The notes: generated by a model from the sequence alone, not told the origin. A stretch of DNA of 64,000 bases from an uncultured Candidatus Saccharibacteria bacterium (GCA_964448075.1 CAYUUR010000002.1:222010-286009); one strand, 5' to 3'. Positions 1-9,571 are shown, counted from the first letter of the stretch. Made by a program: numbers and translations.

Positions 1-33
1 CGCCGCCTTAAAAGCACGGTATACTAAAGCATA

Positions 34-819
34 ATGACGATTATAGAAGCTGCAATATCGGGTGTTGTCCAAGGCTTGACGGAGTTTTTACCGGTTTCTA
101 GTTCCGGACATCTAGTGCTCTTAAGTAAATTCTTTGGTGAGAATGAAAATGCGCTGCTGTTTGACGTTGCCTTGCATGCCGGCACACTAGCAGCTTTGGT
201 TATATATTTCTGGAAGGACATCCTGCAACTAACCAAGGCTTTTTTCGTACAATCTACCTTAACCAAACCGGCCCGCTTGATTGCCGCAGCAACCGTACCA
301 GCGATAATTGCCGGTACGCTGTTGCAAGGTTTTGCCGAGGATACCTTTCGCTCAGCAGTACTCGTTGCGGTCAATATGATGTTAATGGGTGGCATGATGC
401 TCTGGGCGGAACGTTTAGCGACACAGCAAACATCTAAGCTTGAGAAAGTGACCACCAAACAGGCTATTGTTATGGGTTTCGCTCAAGCGCTTGCAGTCAT
501 ACCGGGCGTTTCGCGTTCTGGTAGTACGATAACTGCCGGTTTGTTCGTGGGGCTTGACCGAGTTACGGCAACACGTTTTTCTTTTCTACTAGGGATCCCG
601 ATAATATCAGGCGCACTACTAAAGGTGTTATTCGATGGCGGTCTGGAGTCGATCGGCACACAAGCGGGAGTATTTTTGGTTGGTATATTGGCTGCGTTTC
701 TGAGCGGGCTATTCGCAATTAGATTTATGCTTTCATTTCTCAGCAAACACAGCTTGGCAGTATTCGCCTACTACCGTATTGCGCTCGGTATCGTTGTACT
801 GCTGATAGTGTTGTTGTAG
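34..819 (+). CDS. uppP: undecaprenyl-diphosphate phosphatase (UppP/BacA)
   Basis: 261-aa polytopic ORF. The N-terminal GLTEFLPVSSSGHL signature is typical of BacA/UppP. A TATACT box at 20-25 lies 8 nt upstream of the ATG. Confidence 0.9.
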   Translation: MTIIEAAISGVVQGLTEFLPVSSSGHLVLLSKFFGENENALLFDVALHAGTLAALVIYFWKDILQLTKAFFVQSTLTKPARLIAAATVPAIIAGTLLQGFAEDTFRSAVLVAVNMMLMGGMMLWAERLATQQTSKLEKVTTKQAIVMGFAQALAVIPGVSRSGSTITAGLFVGLDRVTATRFSFLLGIPIISGALLKVLFDGGLESIGTQAGVFLVGILAAFLSGLFAIRFMLSFLSKHSLAVFAYYRIALGIVVLLIVLL

Positions 820-834
820 TAGGAAAAATTACTA

Positions 835-1039
835 CATATAGCGTGCCCGTGCTGTGATAAGCTAAAGCTAGTTAACATCAAAACGCTGGAATCTTGTGAA
901 ATTCAAGAACTGTGCCGCAACGGTGATGCTGTCGCTTGACAGCTAAGTCCGATACAGCCGCTAAAGACTCCCGAGCAGGAGCGACCGTCTAACTGATTCA
1001 GAGACCCTCGTTTTCTAGCCCAGGAGCGAGGGTATTTTT
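835..1039 (+). promoter_or_regulatory. ORF-free structured leader or small RNA ending in a terminator-like hairpin that abuts the next start codon
   Basis: Several local hairpins are visible (TCTTG..CAAGA, GCTGTC-GCTT-GACAGC, CTCC..GGAG). A final ACCCTCG..CGAGGGT stem is followed by ATTTTT and then directly by the ATG at 1040. Confidence 0.3.
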
Positions 1040-2527
1040 ATGCAACAATCAGTCGAGACCTTACCGCAATCATGGCTTAGAGCGGATGTAGTTTTCCCGG
1101 AGCTTGCCGAACGGTCACGCCAACAGTGCGCGGAACAGCTCGGTAGGCTGGTTATGAGTGATTGCGTAGAAGTTGCATGCCTCTCAGAAGAACTTGAGTC
1201 TACCACTACACTCCAATCCTCAATACAGCAGGCTGCACGGGGAGATAAGCGCTCTCGGGAGTTAGTGAAGAGTAATGTCTCAACCGATCTCTATGAGCGC
1301 CTCTTTAAAGTCGGCAAAACCCGTACGCATCTTGACGTCGCCAATAATCGCCTCGAACAACACGGCCGCCCAGTGTCGGATATTCAGCTAAATACCTTTC
1401 GCCACACCTATCTTGATGAAACAATGCAGCGGCGTAGTCGTTTAGAACTGACTAATATCATGCTCTTCGAACAGCTGATCCCAACGGGAGTATTCGAAAC
1501 GCACTATGCTTTGGTGTGGTCGCCTGCAACTGACAATCAACAAACCAAAGAGGAGTTTGGTTTTTATCAGGACACAGAGAGCTGTTCAATACAGATGCTA
1601 GGCGTTCAAGGCAATGAAGCGCTGCTAGAAACAGCGCTCGTTGCCGGTAAGGCATCTGCCGATGCGCCTCGTCATGATCTATCTGCAATCCACGCAATTG
1701 CGCACCAAAATGGCGTTGTGTTGAATGAGCATAGTCCAGATGGCATGCTGCAGTACGTTATGTTAGTGCCAAAGGCAGCCGCACCACAAGGGATTGATAC
1801 AATCGTTGAAATGTATGATCGGGCCGTCGGCGACACCTTCTACGGTGAGGCTAAGCCAGTCCAAGACTATGTACAATACGGCCAAGCATGTTTAGACCGT
1901 GCCGAATCGTTCGACAGTATCGTAGAAATTATCACCAACCAATTACTGAGCGAAGCAGCAGCATTCGCGACTCCTATGGACGCAATCATGCGTCTTGACG
2001 AATTGTCGCAATGGTACGGGGTCAAGCGAGCAGTAAACGATGTAAGTATTGACGCTGCTGTCTTTGGTCAGCAATCAGCCCTCCACATCAACCAAGCACG
2101 TCTGGCTCATGAGCAAGGAGATGAAGCTGGCTTAGATCGCGCTATTCGTTCAGCGCAGGCAACAGCTAGTTCTAGTTCATGTCCTCTCGCAAAAAGTATG
2201 TTTGAAAAAGTTCAACAAGCCGACGACACCAATAACAGTGAAGGTGCTGAAAGCACTGGAAAGCGTAAGTGGATGAAGTGTCCACATTGCGATGCTAAGG
2301 TGTATGACGACCCATGTGCACGTGTCCTTGCATGCTGGGATTGTCATGCACTCGTGGTGAATGGCAAAGTATGTTCAACAGGTAATGGCGGTACTAAGAA
2401 ACGTAAAGAAGAAAGACGTCAGGCGGCATCTGCTGAGCATCAAAAACATGTAGCCCAACCAACGACTACCGCACCACTTCAGCCGCCTCAGACACAGAGG
2501 CTACAACAATTAACACAGGCAGTATAA
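1040..2527 (+). CDS. hypothetical protein with C-terminal Cys4 zinc ribbon
   Basis: 495-aa ORF with no family I recognise. The C-terminal region carries CPHC..(x)..CWDC followed by a basic, Q/P-rich tail. Confidence 0.6.
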   Translation: MQQSVETLPQSWLRADVVFPELAERSRQQCAEQLGRLVMSDCVEVACLSEELESTTTLQSSIQQAARGDKRSRELVKSNVSTDLYERLFKVGKTRTHLDVANNRLEQHGRPVSDIQLNTFRHTYLDETMQRRSRLELTNIMLFEQLIPTGVFETHYALVWSPATDNQQTKEEFGFYQDTESCSIQMLGVQGNEALLETALVAGKASADAPRHDLSAIHAIAHQNGVVLNEHSPDGMLQYVMLVPKAAAPQGIDTIVEMYDRAVGDTFYGEAKPVQDYVQYGQACLDRAESFDSIVEIITNQLLSEAAAFATPMDAIMRLDELSQWYGVKRAVNDVSIDAAVFGQQSALHINQARLAHEQGDEAGLDRAIRSAQATASSSSCPLAKSMFEKVQQADDTNNSEGAESTGKRKWMKCPHCDAKVYDDPCARVLACWDCHALVVNGKVCSTGNGGTKKRKEERRQAASAEHQKHVAQPTTTAPLQPPQTQRLQQLTQAV

Positions 2528-2535
2528 TTCATACT

Positions 2536-2706
2536 ATGAACGACGAAGAAAACACCATATACAATGATTTGATCAAAGAACGGTCGCCGGAGTTTTTTTG
2601 CGACACATGCGGACACTATCCAATCATGCCCGTACATGGGCATTTTGTTTGTCCGCAGTGCAAGACACCCACCAAGTGCTGCGAGGGGATGCCGATTGAA
2701 ACGTAA
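2536..2706 (+). CDS. small stand-alone zinc-ribbon protein (56 aa)
   Basis: Read by hand: MNDEENTIYNDLIKERSPEFFCDTCGHYPIMPVHGHFVCPQCKTPTKCCEGMPIET. It has CxxC..CxxC pairs, and a GTATAAT box lies 7 nt upstream of the ATG. It is below the 60-aa ORF-track cutoff. Confidence 0.4.
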   Translation: MNDEENTIYNDLIKERSPEFFCDTCGHYPIMPVHGHFVCPQCKTPTKCCEGMPIET

Positions 2707-3259
2707 GACAATAGGTGTGTATTCAGGGGTATTTGATCCGATACATAACGGCCATGTAGCTTTTGCCCAACAAGCGATTGAGCAGGGCAAAGTAGACGAA
2801 GTCTACTTTATCGTTGAGTCACAACCTCGCCGTAAACAAAACGTGACGCCGTACGAGCATCGCTTTACCATGGCAGAGATAGCAACGAGAGACAAACTAA
2901 AACTTAACGTGTTAAGTGTAGACCAGTCCACTTTCTCTACGAGCCAGACTTTGCCCTTTTTACAGGCGACTTTTCCTGAGGCAACGCTCTGTCTATTGAT
3001 GGGTAGTGATTTGTTTGACTTTGTTGAGTCATGGCCTGACTACAACGTATTGCGCCGCTCTGTAACTTTTGGTGTTGCCCGCCGGCACGATGAGACCGTA
3101 GATCATCACAAACTTAACGCTACAGATTGGATGATTGATAGCCCACACCCGCATATATCGTCTTCGCTCGTACGCAATTCTGCAATCAGCCATGAGACTG
3201 CATTGCCACGGGCAGTCGCGAGCTATCTTTCCCAGACTAAGCTTTATCCTAAAGCTTAG
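2636..3259 (+). CDS. nadD: nicotinate/nicotinamide-nucleotide adenylyltransferase (cytidylyltransferase-fold, NadD-like)
   Basis: GVYSGVFDPIHNGHVAF matches the (H/T)xGH nucleotidyltransferase motif. The true start is probably the in-frame TTG at 2696 (LKRKTIGVYSG), because the ATG at 2636 would overlap the small zinc-ribbon ORF. Confidence 0.75.
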   Translation: MGILFVRSARHPPSAARGCRLKRKTIGVYSGVFDPIHNGHVAFAQQAIEQGKVDEVYFIVESQPRRKQNVTPYEHRFTMAEIATRDKLKLNVLSVDQSTFSTSQTLPFLQATFPEATLCLLMGSDLFDFVESWPDYNVLRRSVTFGVARRHDETVDHHKLNATDWMIDSPHPHISSSLVRNSAISHETALPRAVASYLSQTKLYPKA

Positions 3260-4950
3260 GACTTGTCATTGAGGACTTCGTCATAATGATTCTGAAGATA
3301 CTCCAGGTGCTTGCTACGGAATTTGTTGAACTCGGTTTTTTTGAAGCCACTCTTGCGTATGAATGAGGTTATTTTCTCGGTCCCAATGTAGTGAGGCATC
3401 ATTACGTAACTTGCTCCAAGTCCGTATAGCTCGGCCGCCTCCTGAATAGTGTCGGCATGACATACGGCCACAGCTGTAGGATTTACTTGCTCCAAGTGCG
3501 AGAGTAAAAAGGTATTAGCTGGGTGATCGGTCAGGTTTGAAACGATCAGCTTGGCGTGACTGAGATCAACTTCTTCAAGCAATTCAAGGTCAGTCGCGTC
3601 TCCATAGAGATACGGTATGCCAGCATGTTCCATGCGCTCAATTGCTTCTGGGTCGTAGTCGACAACCACATAGCGTTTAGTCATCTTTTTGAACACACGG
3701 ACAAACTCGCTACCACCATGACGATAACCAAACAGGACCGCCTCATGGTGTTTACGTACTTCTTTTTCTTGGCGGGTGTTCTTTCGCTCAAACACTCCAA
3801 GGTACCTACTGAGTCGCTTGTAGAGTGACTCCGAATAGATAATCATGTAAGAGGACAGGGCGATGGTGATAATACCAATGAGCGTGACGAGCGTGACTGC
3901 TGATTCGTCAACCTGGCCATTCTTTTGCCCGAGGATCATGAATATTAATGAGAATTCGCTAATCTGGGCAACGGCCAAACCGGCATTAAAGCTTGTTTTC
4001 TTGGTGTAGCCGAGGACACCCATGATACTCATAACAATTATTGGATTACCAACCAGCACAAACAAAGACAGCCCAATCGCTTGACCGATAATGCCGCCAA
4101 GGTTATCAATGTTGAGTTTGGCACCGAGTGCTATGAAGAAAACGACAATAAAGAAGTCGCGTAGTGGACGTAGTCGTGAGCCGATTTCTTGAGCATAGGG
4201 CATCGAAGCAAAAGCAACACCAGCTACGAGGGCACCAACCTCAAGGGAAAACCCAGCTTCATAGAATAGTGTTCCGATGCCAAACCCCCAAGCAAGTGCA
4301 AACAAGAACAGGAGCTCTTGGGACTTTGCTAAAAATCCAGACATACGTTTAACGATGAGGTTAGCAGCCAGGAACGTACCGATTGCCAAACCAAGCCCCT
4401 TAACAACCAGAACGAGTACATCCTGCCAGCTCAAACCGCCTTGGCCCGTCGCCGAAGCGATCACTAGGGCGAATGTTGCCACGATGTCTTGTACAAGCAG
4501 GAAGCCAATGGCAATCTTGCCATACAGTTTGTTTTGCTCTTTTTTGTCACTCAGGAGTTTAAGGATGATAATCGTACTACTAAAGGTCAGTGCTACCGCA
4601 ATATAAAATGCCGTCATCGGTGCGTAGCCCATCATTGTGACGAGCCAAAAACCGATAGCAGATGTAAACACTACCTGTCCGAGGCCTGTAAGCAGTGAAA
4701 CTTTACCGACTTCTTTGACGACCTTTGGATTAAGTCCGAGCCCAACAATAAAGAGTAGCAGAGCAATCCCAAAGTTACCGAGTAGCTCAATCGATTCTGG
4801 AGAATTAACAATTCCAAGCAGGGCTGGCCCAACAATCAGACCGGTCAGAATGTGCCCGATTATGAGCGGTTGTTTGAGCGCTCGCATGATTACCGACATG
4901 GTGGCGGCGAGGACGATAAGTAGACTGATTTCTGTAAAGACGCTATGCAT
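3256..4950 (-). CDS. CPA2-family cation:proton antiporter with C-terminal RCK/TrkA-N domain (Kef-like)
   Basis: 564 aa. There are about 12 TM helices with a Kef-like N-terminus (GHILTGLIVGPALLG), and the C-terminus has a TrkA-N-like Rossmann segment (VLFGYRHGG..VVVDYD). Confidence 0.8.
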   Translation of the reverse strand: MHSVFTEISLLIVLAATMSVIMRALKQPLIIGHILTGLIVGPALLGIVNSPESIELLGNFGIALLLFIVGLGLNPKVVKEVGKVSLLTGLGQVVFTSAIGFWLVTMMGYAPMTAFYIAVALTFSSTIIILKLLSDKKEQNKLYGKIAIGFLLVQDIVATFALVIASATGQGGLSWQDVLVLVVKGLGLAIGTFLAANLIVKRMSGFLAKSQELLFLFALAWGFGIGTLFYEAGFSLEVGALVAGVAFASMPYAQEIGSRLRPLRDFFIVVFFIALGAKLNIDNLGGIIGQAIGLSLFVLVGNPIIVMSIMGVLGYTKKTSFNAGLAVAQISEFSLIFMILGQKNGQVDESAVTLVTLIGIITIALSSYMIIYSESLYKRLSRYLGVFERKNTRQEKEVRKHHEAVLFGYRHGGSEFVRVFKKMTKRYVVVDYDPEAIERMEHAGIPYLYGDATDLELLEEVDLSHAKLIVSNLTDHPANTFLLSHLEQVNPTAVAVCHADTIQEAAELYGLGASYVMMPHYIGTEKITSFIRKSGFKKTEFNKFRSKHLEYLQNHYDEVLNDKS

Positions 4951-5019
4951 ATTTTTCGTATCTGTTATTTTCGCTTATGTTATATTGTAAGGAGAGAACA
5001 GAAAAATTCAAAGGACTTC

Positions 5020-5616
5020 ATGAAAGATAATAGCACTTACCGAGCAATCAGTGACAAACTAAACACTGAAGTTGATGTGCGGGGTATACTCTCAGCCGTT
5101 ACACCACACTTGTCTCATCAGGAAAATCTCAAGACACGACGAAGCGTGATCAAAAGTTTCAAGGCTAAGGCCAATGCAAAACGTTCACCATCTGAGAAGT
5201 TCGCAGACATGCTTACGACTAAATTTGGCTCGGTTGCATTCTTGTCAATGAATGCGCTATGGTTTGCTATTTGGATAAGTATAAACACCGGTCTTGTACC
5301 TGGGGTTGAGCCATTCGACCCGTTCCCATTTGGCCTACTAACGATGGTTGTTTCGCTGGAAGCCATATTCCTCGCCATCATCGTTCTTATCTCACAAAAT
5401 CGTGAAGCCAGAATCGCAGAATTACGAGAAGAAATTGATCTGCAAATCAACACAATAACAGAGAGCGAAATAACAAAACTTATCCATTGCCTGACGCTAC
5501 TCCTGAAAAAGCAAGGTATCTCACTAGAGGATGACCCGGAGCTCCAAAAGATGCTCAAACCAATAGATAATGAAGCCCTACAAAGACAACTAGAAAAAGA
5601 ACTCGACAATAACTAG
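5020..5616 (+). CDS. DUF1003-like membrane protein
   Basis: Two TM helices with PFDPFPFGLLTMVVSLEAIFL..ISQNRE, as in DUF1003. I prefer the ATG at 5020 (preceded by AAGGAC) over the ORF-track start at 4945, which overlaps the kef-like gene. Confidence 0.55.
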   Translation: MKDNSTYRAISDKLNTEVDVRGILSAVTPHLSHQENLKTRRSVIKSFKAKANAKRSPSEKFADMLTTKFGSVAFLSMNALWFAIWISINTGLVPGVEPFDPFPFGLLTMVVSLEAIFLAIIVLISQNREARIAELREEIDLQINTITESEITKLIHCLTLLLKKQGISLEDDPELQKMLKPIDNEALQRQLEKELDNN

Positions 5617-5864
5617 ATTTTTATTGACAGGTCGATAATGCTTATGGCAAACTGTAGTTACTTCAAAGTTTAGACAACTAGACGGAAGACAAAAATTAAC
5701 AAAACAAAAAGAATGCCGGCAAGGCGAGTTGCTGGTATTTGGGAGTAATGTGATGCCAATACAGGTACGCGATATGAGCACGCCCAGTGAGCGTGTGGTT
5801 GTGAAGTCTAAGAGACCTTCATGGCAACAATTCTTGGTTTACTAGTTTTACAACTAAGGCCACA

Positions 5865-5896
5865 ATAAAATCCGGACAACTAGGTCCGGATTTTAT
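5865..5896. terminator. bidirectional intrinsic terminator
   Basis: ATAAAATCCGGAC-AACTA-GGTCCGGATTTTAT is a perfect stem flanked by A- and T-runs. It sits between an orphan + strand transcription unit and the 3' end of the - strand dsbA-like gene. Confidence 0.75.
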
Positions 5897-5899
5897 TGA

Positions 5900-6541
5900 T
5901 TATTGTGCGCTAGATTGCTTGTTGATTTCTTCGTCGAGGATCTTTGCAAAGGCTTCGTATGTCTGTGGTGTTTCAGTTATCACCCGACCATTGAGCACAA
6001 ACGTTGGTGTACCAGTAATGTTAAGTTTTTGCCCCTCTCCGACATCGGCATTAATGGTATCGAGCACAGCAGAGCTTGCGCTATCTACTTTAAACTGCTC
6101 GACATTAATACCTAGTTGTGTTGCGTAATCTTCAAATATTGCTGTAGCGTTACTGCTCTTTGCCCAGGCATCCTGTTGTCCGTACAGTAGGTCATGCATT
6201 TCCCAGAACTTACCTTGTTTGCCAGCTGCTTCTGCTGCGCGAGATGAAGCCATGGCATTTTGGTGAATCTGAACGAGTGGGAAGTGTCGGAATTGGAATG
6301 CAATTTTGTCTTTGTAGTCAGTCTTTATCTGGGACACGATAGGGAAGTAGGCTGCACAAGCAGGACATTCAAAGTCGCCATACTCAACGAGTACTACTTT
6401 GCTATCAGCTTTGCCCGTTATGTGTTGGCTTGCTGTGCCTTGGCTGTTGCTGGCGGTGTCATCATTGTTCTTGGTGATGAAGAAAATACCGCCTAAAACG
6501 ACGATACAGCTGATTAAAATGAGTAAAAATCGATTGTTCAC
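5900..6541 (-). CDS. DsbA-family thiol:disulfide oxidoreductase, membrane-anchored
   Basis: 213 aa with an N-terminal TM anchor, a CPAC active-site motif (YGDFECPACAAY) and a thioredoxin-fold length. Confidence 0.8.
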   Translation of the reverse strand: MNNRFLLILISCIVVLGGIFFITKNNDDTASNSQGTASQHITGKADSKVVLVEYGDFECPACAAYFPIVSQIKTDYKDKIAFQFRHFPLVQIHQNAMASSRAAEAAGKQGKFWEMHDLLYGQQDAWAKSSNATAIFEDYATQLGINVEQFKVDSASSAVLDTINADVGEGQKLNITGTPTFVLNGRVITETPQTYEAFAKILDEEINKQSSAQ

Positions 6542-6661
6542 GTGTCTAATACCTCCATGTTGGTGCTAGTAGTGTATCTGAAAGACGATGGGTTCGTCTA
6601 GCTGTATGCGCCTTCGGGTGCGCTCTTTGTAAAATTACACTACTAATCGTAAGATAGAAGC

Positions 6662-7705
6662 ATGACCACTTTTCTACTGAGTTTATTGTGCGCTAGTTTG
6701 TTACTGATATCTATATCTCTAAAAAAGACCTACAGCCATACCCCAATACGTGAACTAAAGCGTCGCGCCCGAGCCGGAGACGAGCTTGCTAAGGGATTGC
6801 ACCAGGCCGCAAGCTTTGGCGTGAGCCTTGAGGTTTTACTCTGGTTATGGATTGGTGTCAGTGCGTCATTGTTCACCTATGTATTAGCACAGAACATGCC
6901 GACTGCTTTGGCTTTGTTTGGTGTGGCTAGTGTCGTGTGGTTCGGTTTTGCCTGGTTGCCAAAAAGTCGAGTGACACGAGTGGGGGTACGAGCCGCGGTG
7001 ATTGCCGCACCGTTTATTGCTTGGGTTTTGAACTACCTACATCCGTTGCTCGAGCGACTCGGTCTGTTTATCAAGAAACATCAACATATATCAATTCATA
7101 CAGGTGTTTATGAAAAGGAAGACCTCATGCACTTGCTTGGTAAACAAGCAAAACAAACTGATAACCGACTTACGAAAGAAGAGTTAAGCATCGCCATGCA
7201 CGCGCTACAGTTTGGCGACAAGCTTGTGCGCGATATCTTAGTGCCGCGTCGAGTGGTTCGTGAGGTTTCTGTGGACGAGAAGATAGGCCCAATACTTATG
7301 GAAGAGCTGCACAAGTCTGGGCATTCTCGGTTCCCTGTGTATGACGGCAAAAAAGATAACCTGGTTGGCACGCTGATGTTGCGAGATCTGATAGGAAAGC
7401 GCAGTGGTGGGGTTATTGGTGACGTGATGCGGCGCGACGTTCTGTACTTGCACGAGTCGCAGAATCTCTATGAGGCATTGACCGCAATGCTTAAGACCAA
7501 GCATCATTTGTTTATTGTAGTGAATTCATTTGAAGAGCTCGTGGGAATTATTACACTAGAGGACGTTATTGAGCAGATTATTGGCAAGCCCATCATTGAT
7601 GAGTTTGATGAATATGATGACCTGCGTGCCGTAGCTGCGCGGCAAGCCCAGACCATTCACACAGAACAAAAACACGAAAAACTACCAGATACCGACCAGA
7701 GGTGA
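6662..7705 (+). CDS. CNNM/CorC-type protein (DUF21 transmembrane domain + CBS pair)
   Basis: 347 aa. The N-terminal half has about 4 TM helices. The C-terminal half has a CBS pair (RDILVPRRVV..., HHLFIVVNSFEELVGIITLEDVIEQI). Confidence 0.75.
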   Translation: MTTFLLSLLCASLLLISISLKKTYSHTPIRELKRRARAGDELAKGLHQAASFGVSLEVLLWLWIGVSASLFTYVLAQNMPTALALFGVASVVWFGFAWLPKSRVTRVGVRAAVIAAPFIAWVLNYLHPLLERLGLFIKKHQHISIHTGVYEKEDLMHLLGKQAKQTDNRLTKEELSIAMHALQFGDKLVRDILVPRRVVREVSVDEKIGPILMEELHKSGHSRFPVYDGKKDNLVGTLMLRDLIGKRSGGVIGDVMRRDVLYLHESQNLYEALTAMLKTKHHLFIVVNSFEELVGIITLEDVIEQIIGKPIIDEFDEYDDLRAVAARQAQTIHTEQKHEKLPDTDQR

Positions 7706-7833
7706 TAGAATACAGGGCAATGACATACAAAAGTCGCAGCAATACCAATAAACCGGTCGGCAACCGCTAAGGCGAGCGGTCTGCTGCTATGGCCCATTTC
7801 AGCCGCGATAACTAACGAGGAGAAATTAACAAA

Positions 7834-9147
7834 ATGAGAACTTTGAGCAAAGAACTCTCCAGTCAGATTGGCAAAAAAGCCACCATCCAAGGCTGGTTAC
7901 ACAAAAAACGCTTGCTCGGTGGCCTAACTTTTATTGCAGTTCGTGACCGTGCTGGCCTAACACAAGTACTGATTGAAGATAAAAACGAAGTCGAAAAACT
8001 CCGTGGTTTGCAGATCGGTACTGTTTTGGAAGTCACTGGCACCGCGCTTGAAGAAGAGCGCGCTCCCGGCGGAGCCGAGATACACGACCCAGTCGTAACT
8101 GTACTTGTACCTGTGACTGACGAACCGCCAATCGAGATAGATAAACCAATTAGCCACAAGTCTGAGCACTTGGACACGCTATTTGAGTACCGAGTGCTTA
8201 ATGTACGGAATCTTCAAGAACAGAAAATTTTCAAGATTCGTTCCAGCCAAGTCCGCTACATTCGCGAATATCTGCAGAGCCGTGATTTCGTAGAGATTGA
8301 CACCCCAAAGATCATTGCCGGGGCAACAGAGGGTGGTGCAGAGGTGTTCAAGCTTGATTACTTTGGCCAAGAAGCAACACTTGCGCAAAGCCCACAATTC
8401 TACAAGCAAATCATGGTCGGTGCATACGAACGCGTATTTGAGATTGGTCACAGTTACCGCGCCGAGCCAAGTGCAACGACACGGCATCTGACTGAGCTGA
8501 CCATGCTAGATATTGAGATGGGCTTCGTGAAGGATCACGATGAAGTGCTTGACCTTGTCGGTGCAGTCACCCAAGATGCACTCAAGAGAACTTATCAAGA
8601 TCACGCCGCTGACCTTAAAACACTGAATGCGCCAGAACTGAAGCTACCAGAAGACGGCAAAGTACCACGTTTCACGATTGCTGATATTCACGAGATGTAT
8701 ACCAAGGCAACCAAAACCGACACCACGGATGAAAAAGACTTAACGCCTGACGAAGAACGTTGGATATGTGATTATGCCAGGAAGAAGCTCGGTACTGATC
8801 TTGTGTACGCCATAGAATTTCCTATTGAAGCTGCCAAGTTCTATCACAAGGTTGACGAAGAAAAGGGTGTAGTTTTCTGGGGTGATTTGCTTTTCCGCGG
8901 TATAGAAATTGCAACCGTGCCACTACGTGAGCATAACTACGAAAAGATGATTGCCCAAATGAAGGCAGCCGGACTTGACGTAGAGCACGACGGCTTTAAG
9001 TATTACTTGCAAGCGTTTAAATACGGTCTTCCGCCACATGGTGGTTGCGGTTTTGGTATCGATCGATTAGCTGAGAAAACCATCGGTCTCAACAACGTCA
9101 AAGAAGCCACACTCTTCCCACGTGACATCAACCGACTTGCGCCGTAA
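7834..9147 (+). CDS. aspS: aspartyl-tRNA synthetase, archaeal/eukaryal-type class IIb
   Basis: 437 aa with an OB-fold N-terminus, QSPQFYKQ, motif 2 (GHSYRAEPSATTRHLTELTMLDIE) and motif 3 (GGCGFGIDRL). A GGAG SD is present, and the roughly 120-nt leader starts from a TGATAGAAT box at about 7704. Confidence 0.85.
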   Translation: MRTLSKELSSQIGKKATIQGWLHKKRLLGGLTFIAVRDRAGLTQVLIEDKNEVEKLRGLQIGTVLEVTGTALEEERAPGGAEIHDPVVTVLVPVTDEPPIEIDKPISHKSEHLDTLFEYRVLNVRNLQEQKIFKIRSSQVRYIREYLQSRDFVEIDTPKIIAGATEGGAEVFKLDYFGQEATLAQSPQFYKQIMVGAYERVFEIGHSYRAEPSATTRHLTELTMLDIEMGFVKDHDEVLDLVGAVTQDALKRTYQDHAADLKTLNAPELKLPEDGKVPRFTIADIHEMYTKATKTDTTDEKDLTPDEERWICDYARKKLGTDLVYAIEFPIEAAKFYHKVDEEKGVVFWGDLLFRGIEIATVPLREHNYEKMIAQMKAAGLDVEHDGFKYYLQAFKYGLPPHGGCGFGIDRLAEKTIGLNNVKEATLFPRDINRLAP

Positions 9148-9174
9148 CCACATAGTCGCTAGAGTATAAGCACA

Positions 9175-9537
9175 ATGTTAGACCAGGGAGCTTTTTCACA
9201 ACAGACTGGCGGAGGGGTGCAGACTACAAACCCGCAGTCTGTTCCGTCATCTAATTTGCAACCGCAAAAAAACAGCTTGCAGGGTCCAGACTCGCAGGTG
9301 CTTGGCGCGGCTACGTTTCTAGAACAATCTAGTACTGCGGCAATCTCTGTTAATGGTCAACAGGTCAACGCAGAAATTACTGAGCTAGAAACTAATCAAC
9401 GCCTACCGGGTGATTCGCTTACGTCAGCCATTGCCGGACGTGAGTTTTTTGTGGTTGGTGCAGTTTTGATTGTTATTGGCGTATTGGCATATGTGTTGTC
9501 GCGACAAATAATGCGTGATCACCAAGATGCTTCCTAA
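9175..9537 (+). CDS. hypothetical protein, C-terminal TM anchor
   Basis: 120-aa ORF with a Q/S-rich N-terminal half and a single C-terminal hydrophobic helix. Confidence 0.5.
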   Translation: MLDQGAFSQQTGGGVQTTNPQSVPSSNLQPQKNSLQGPDSQVLGAATFLEQSSTAAISVNGQQVNAEITELETNQRLPGDSLTSAIAGREFFVVGAVLIVIGVLAYVLSRQIMRDHQDAS

Positions 9538-9571
9538 AGTCCATATGCTTATCTGATACACTAGACATACA

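Noticed and set aside
820-1039. A TPP riboswitch (GCGTGCC..GCTGTGA resembles GGGTGCC..GCTGAGA) or an SRP RNA (CCGCAACG..AAGTCCG..CAGCC resembles parts of 4.5S RNA).
   Set aside because: The remaining conserved parts are missing. These are the ACCTGATCTGGATAATGCCAGCG pyrimidine-sensor helix for TPP and the GGAA-capped helix 8 for SRP. The similarities are short and out of context.
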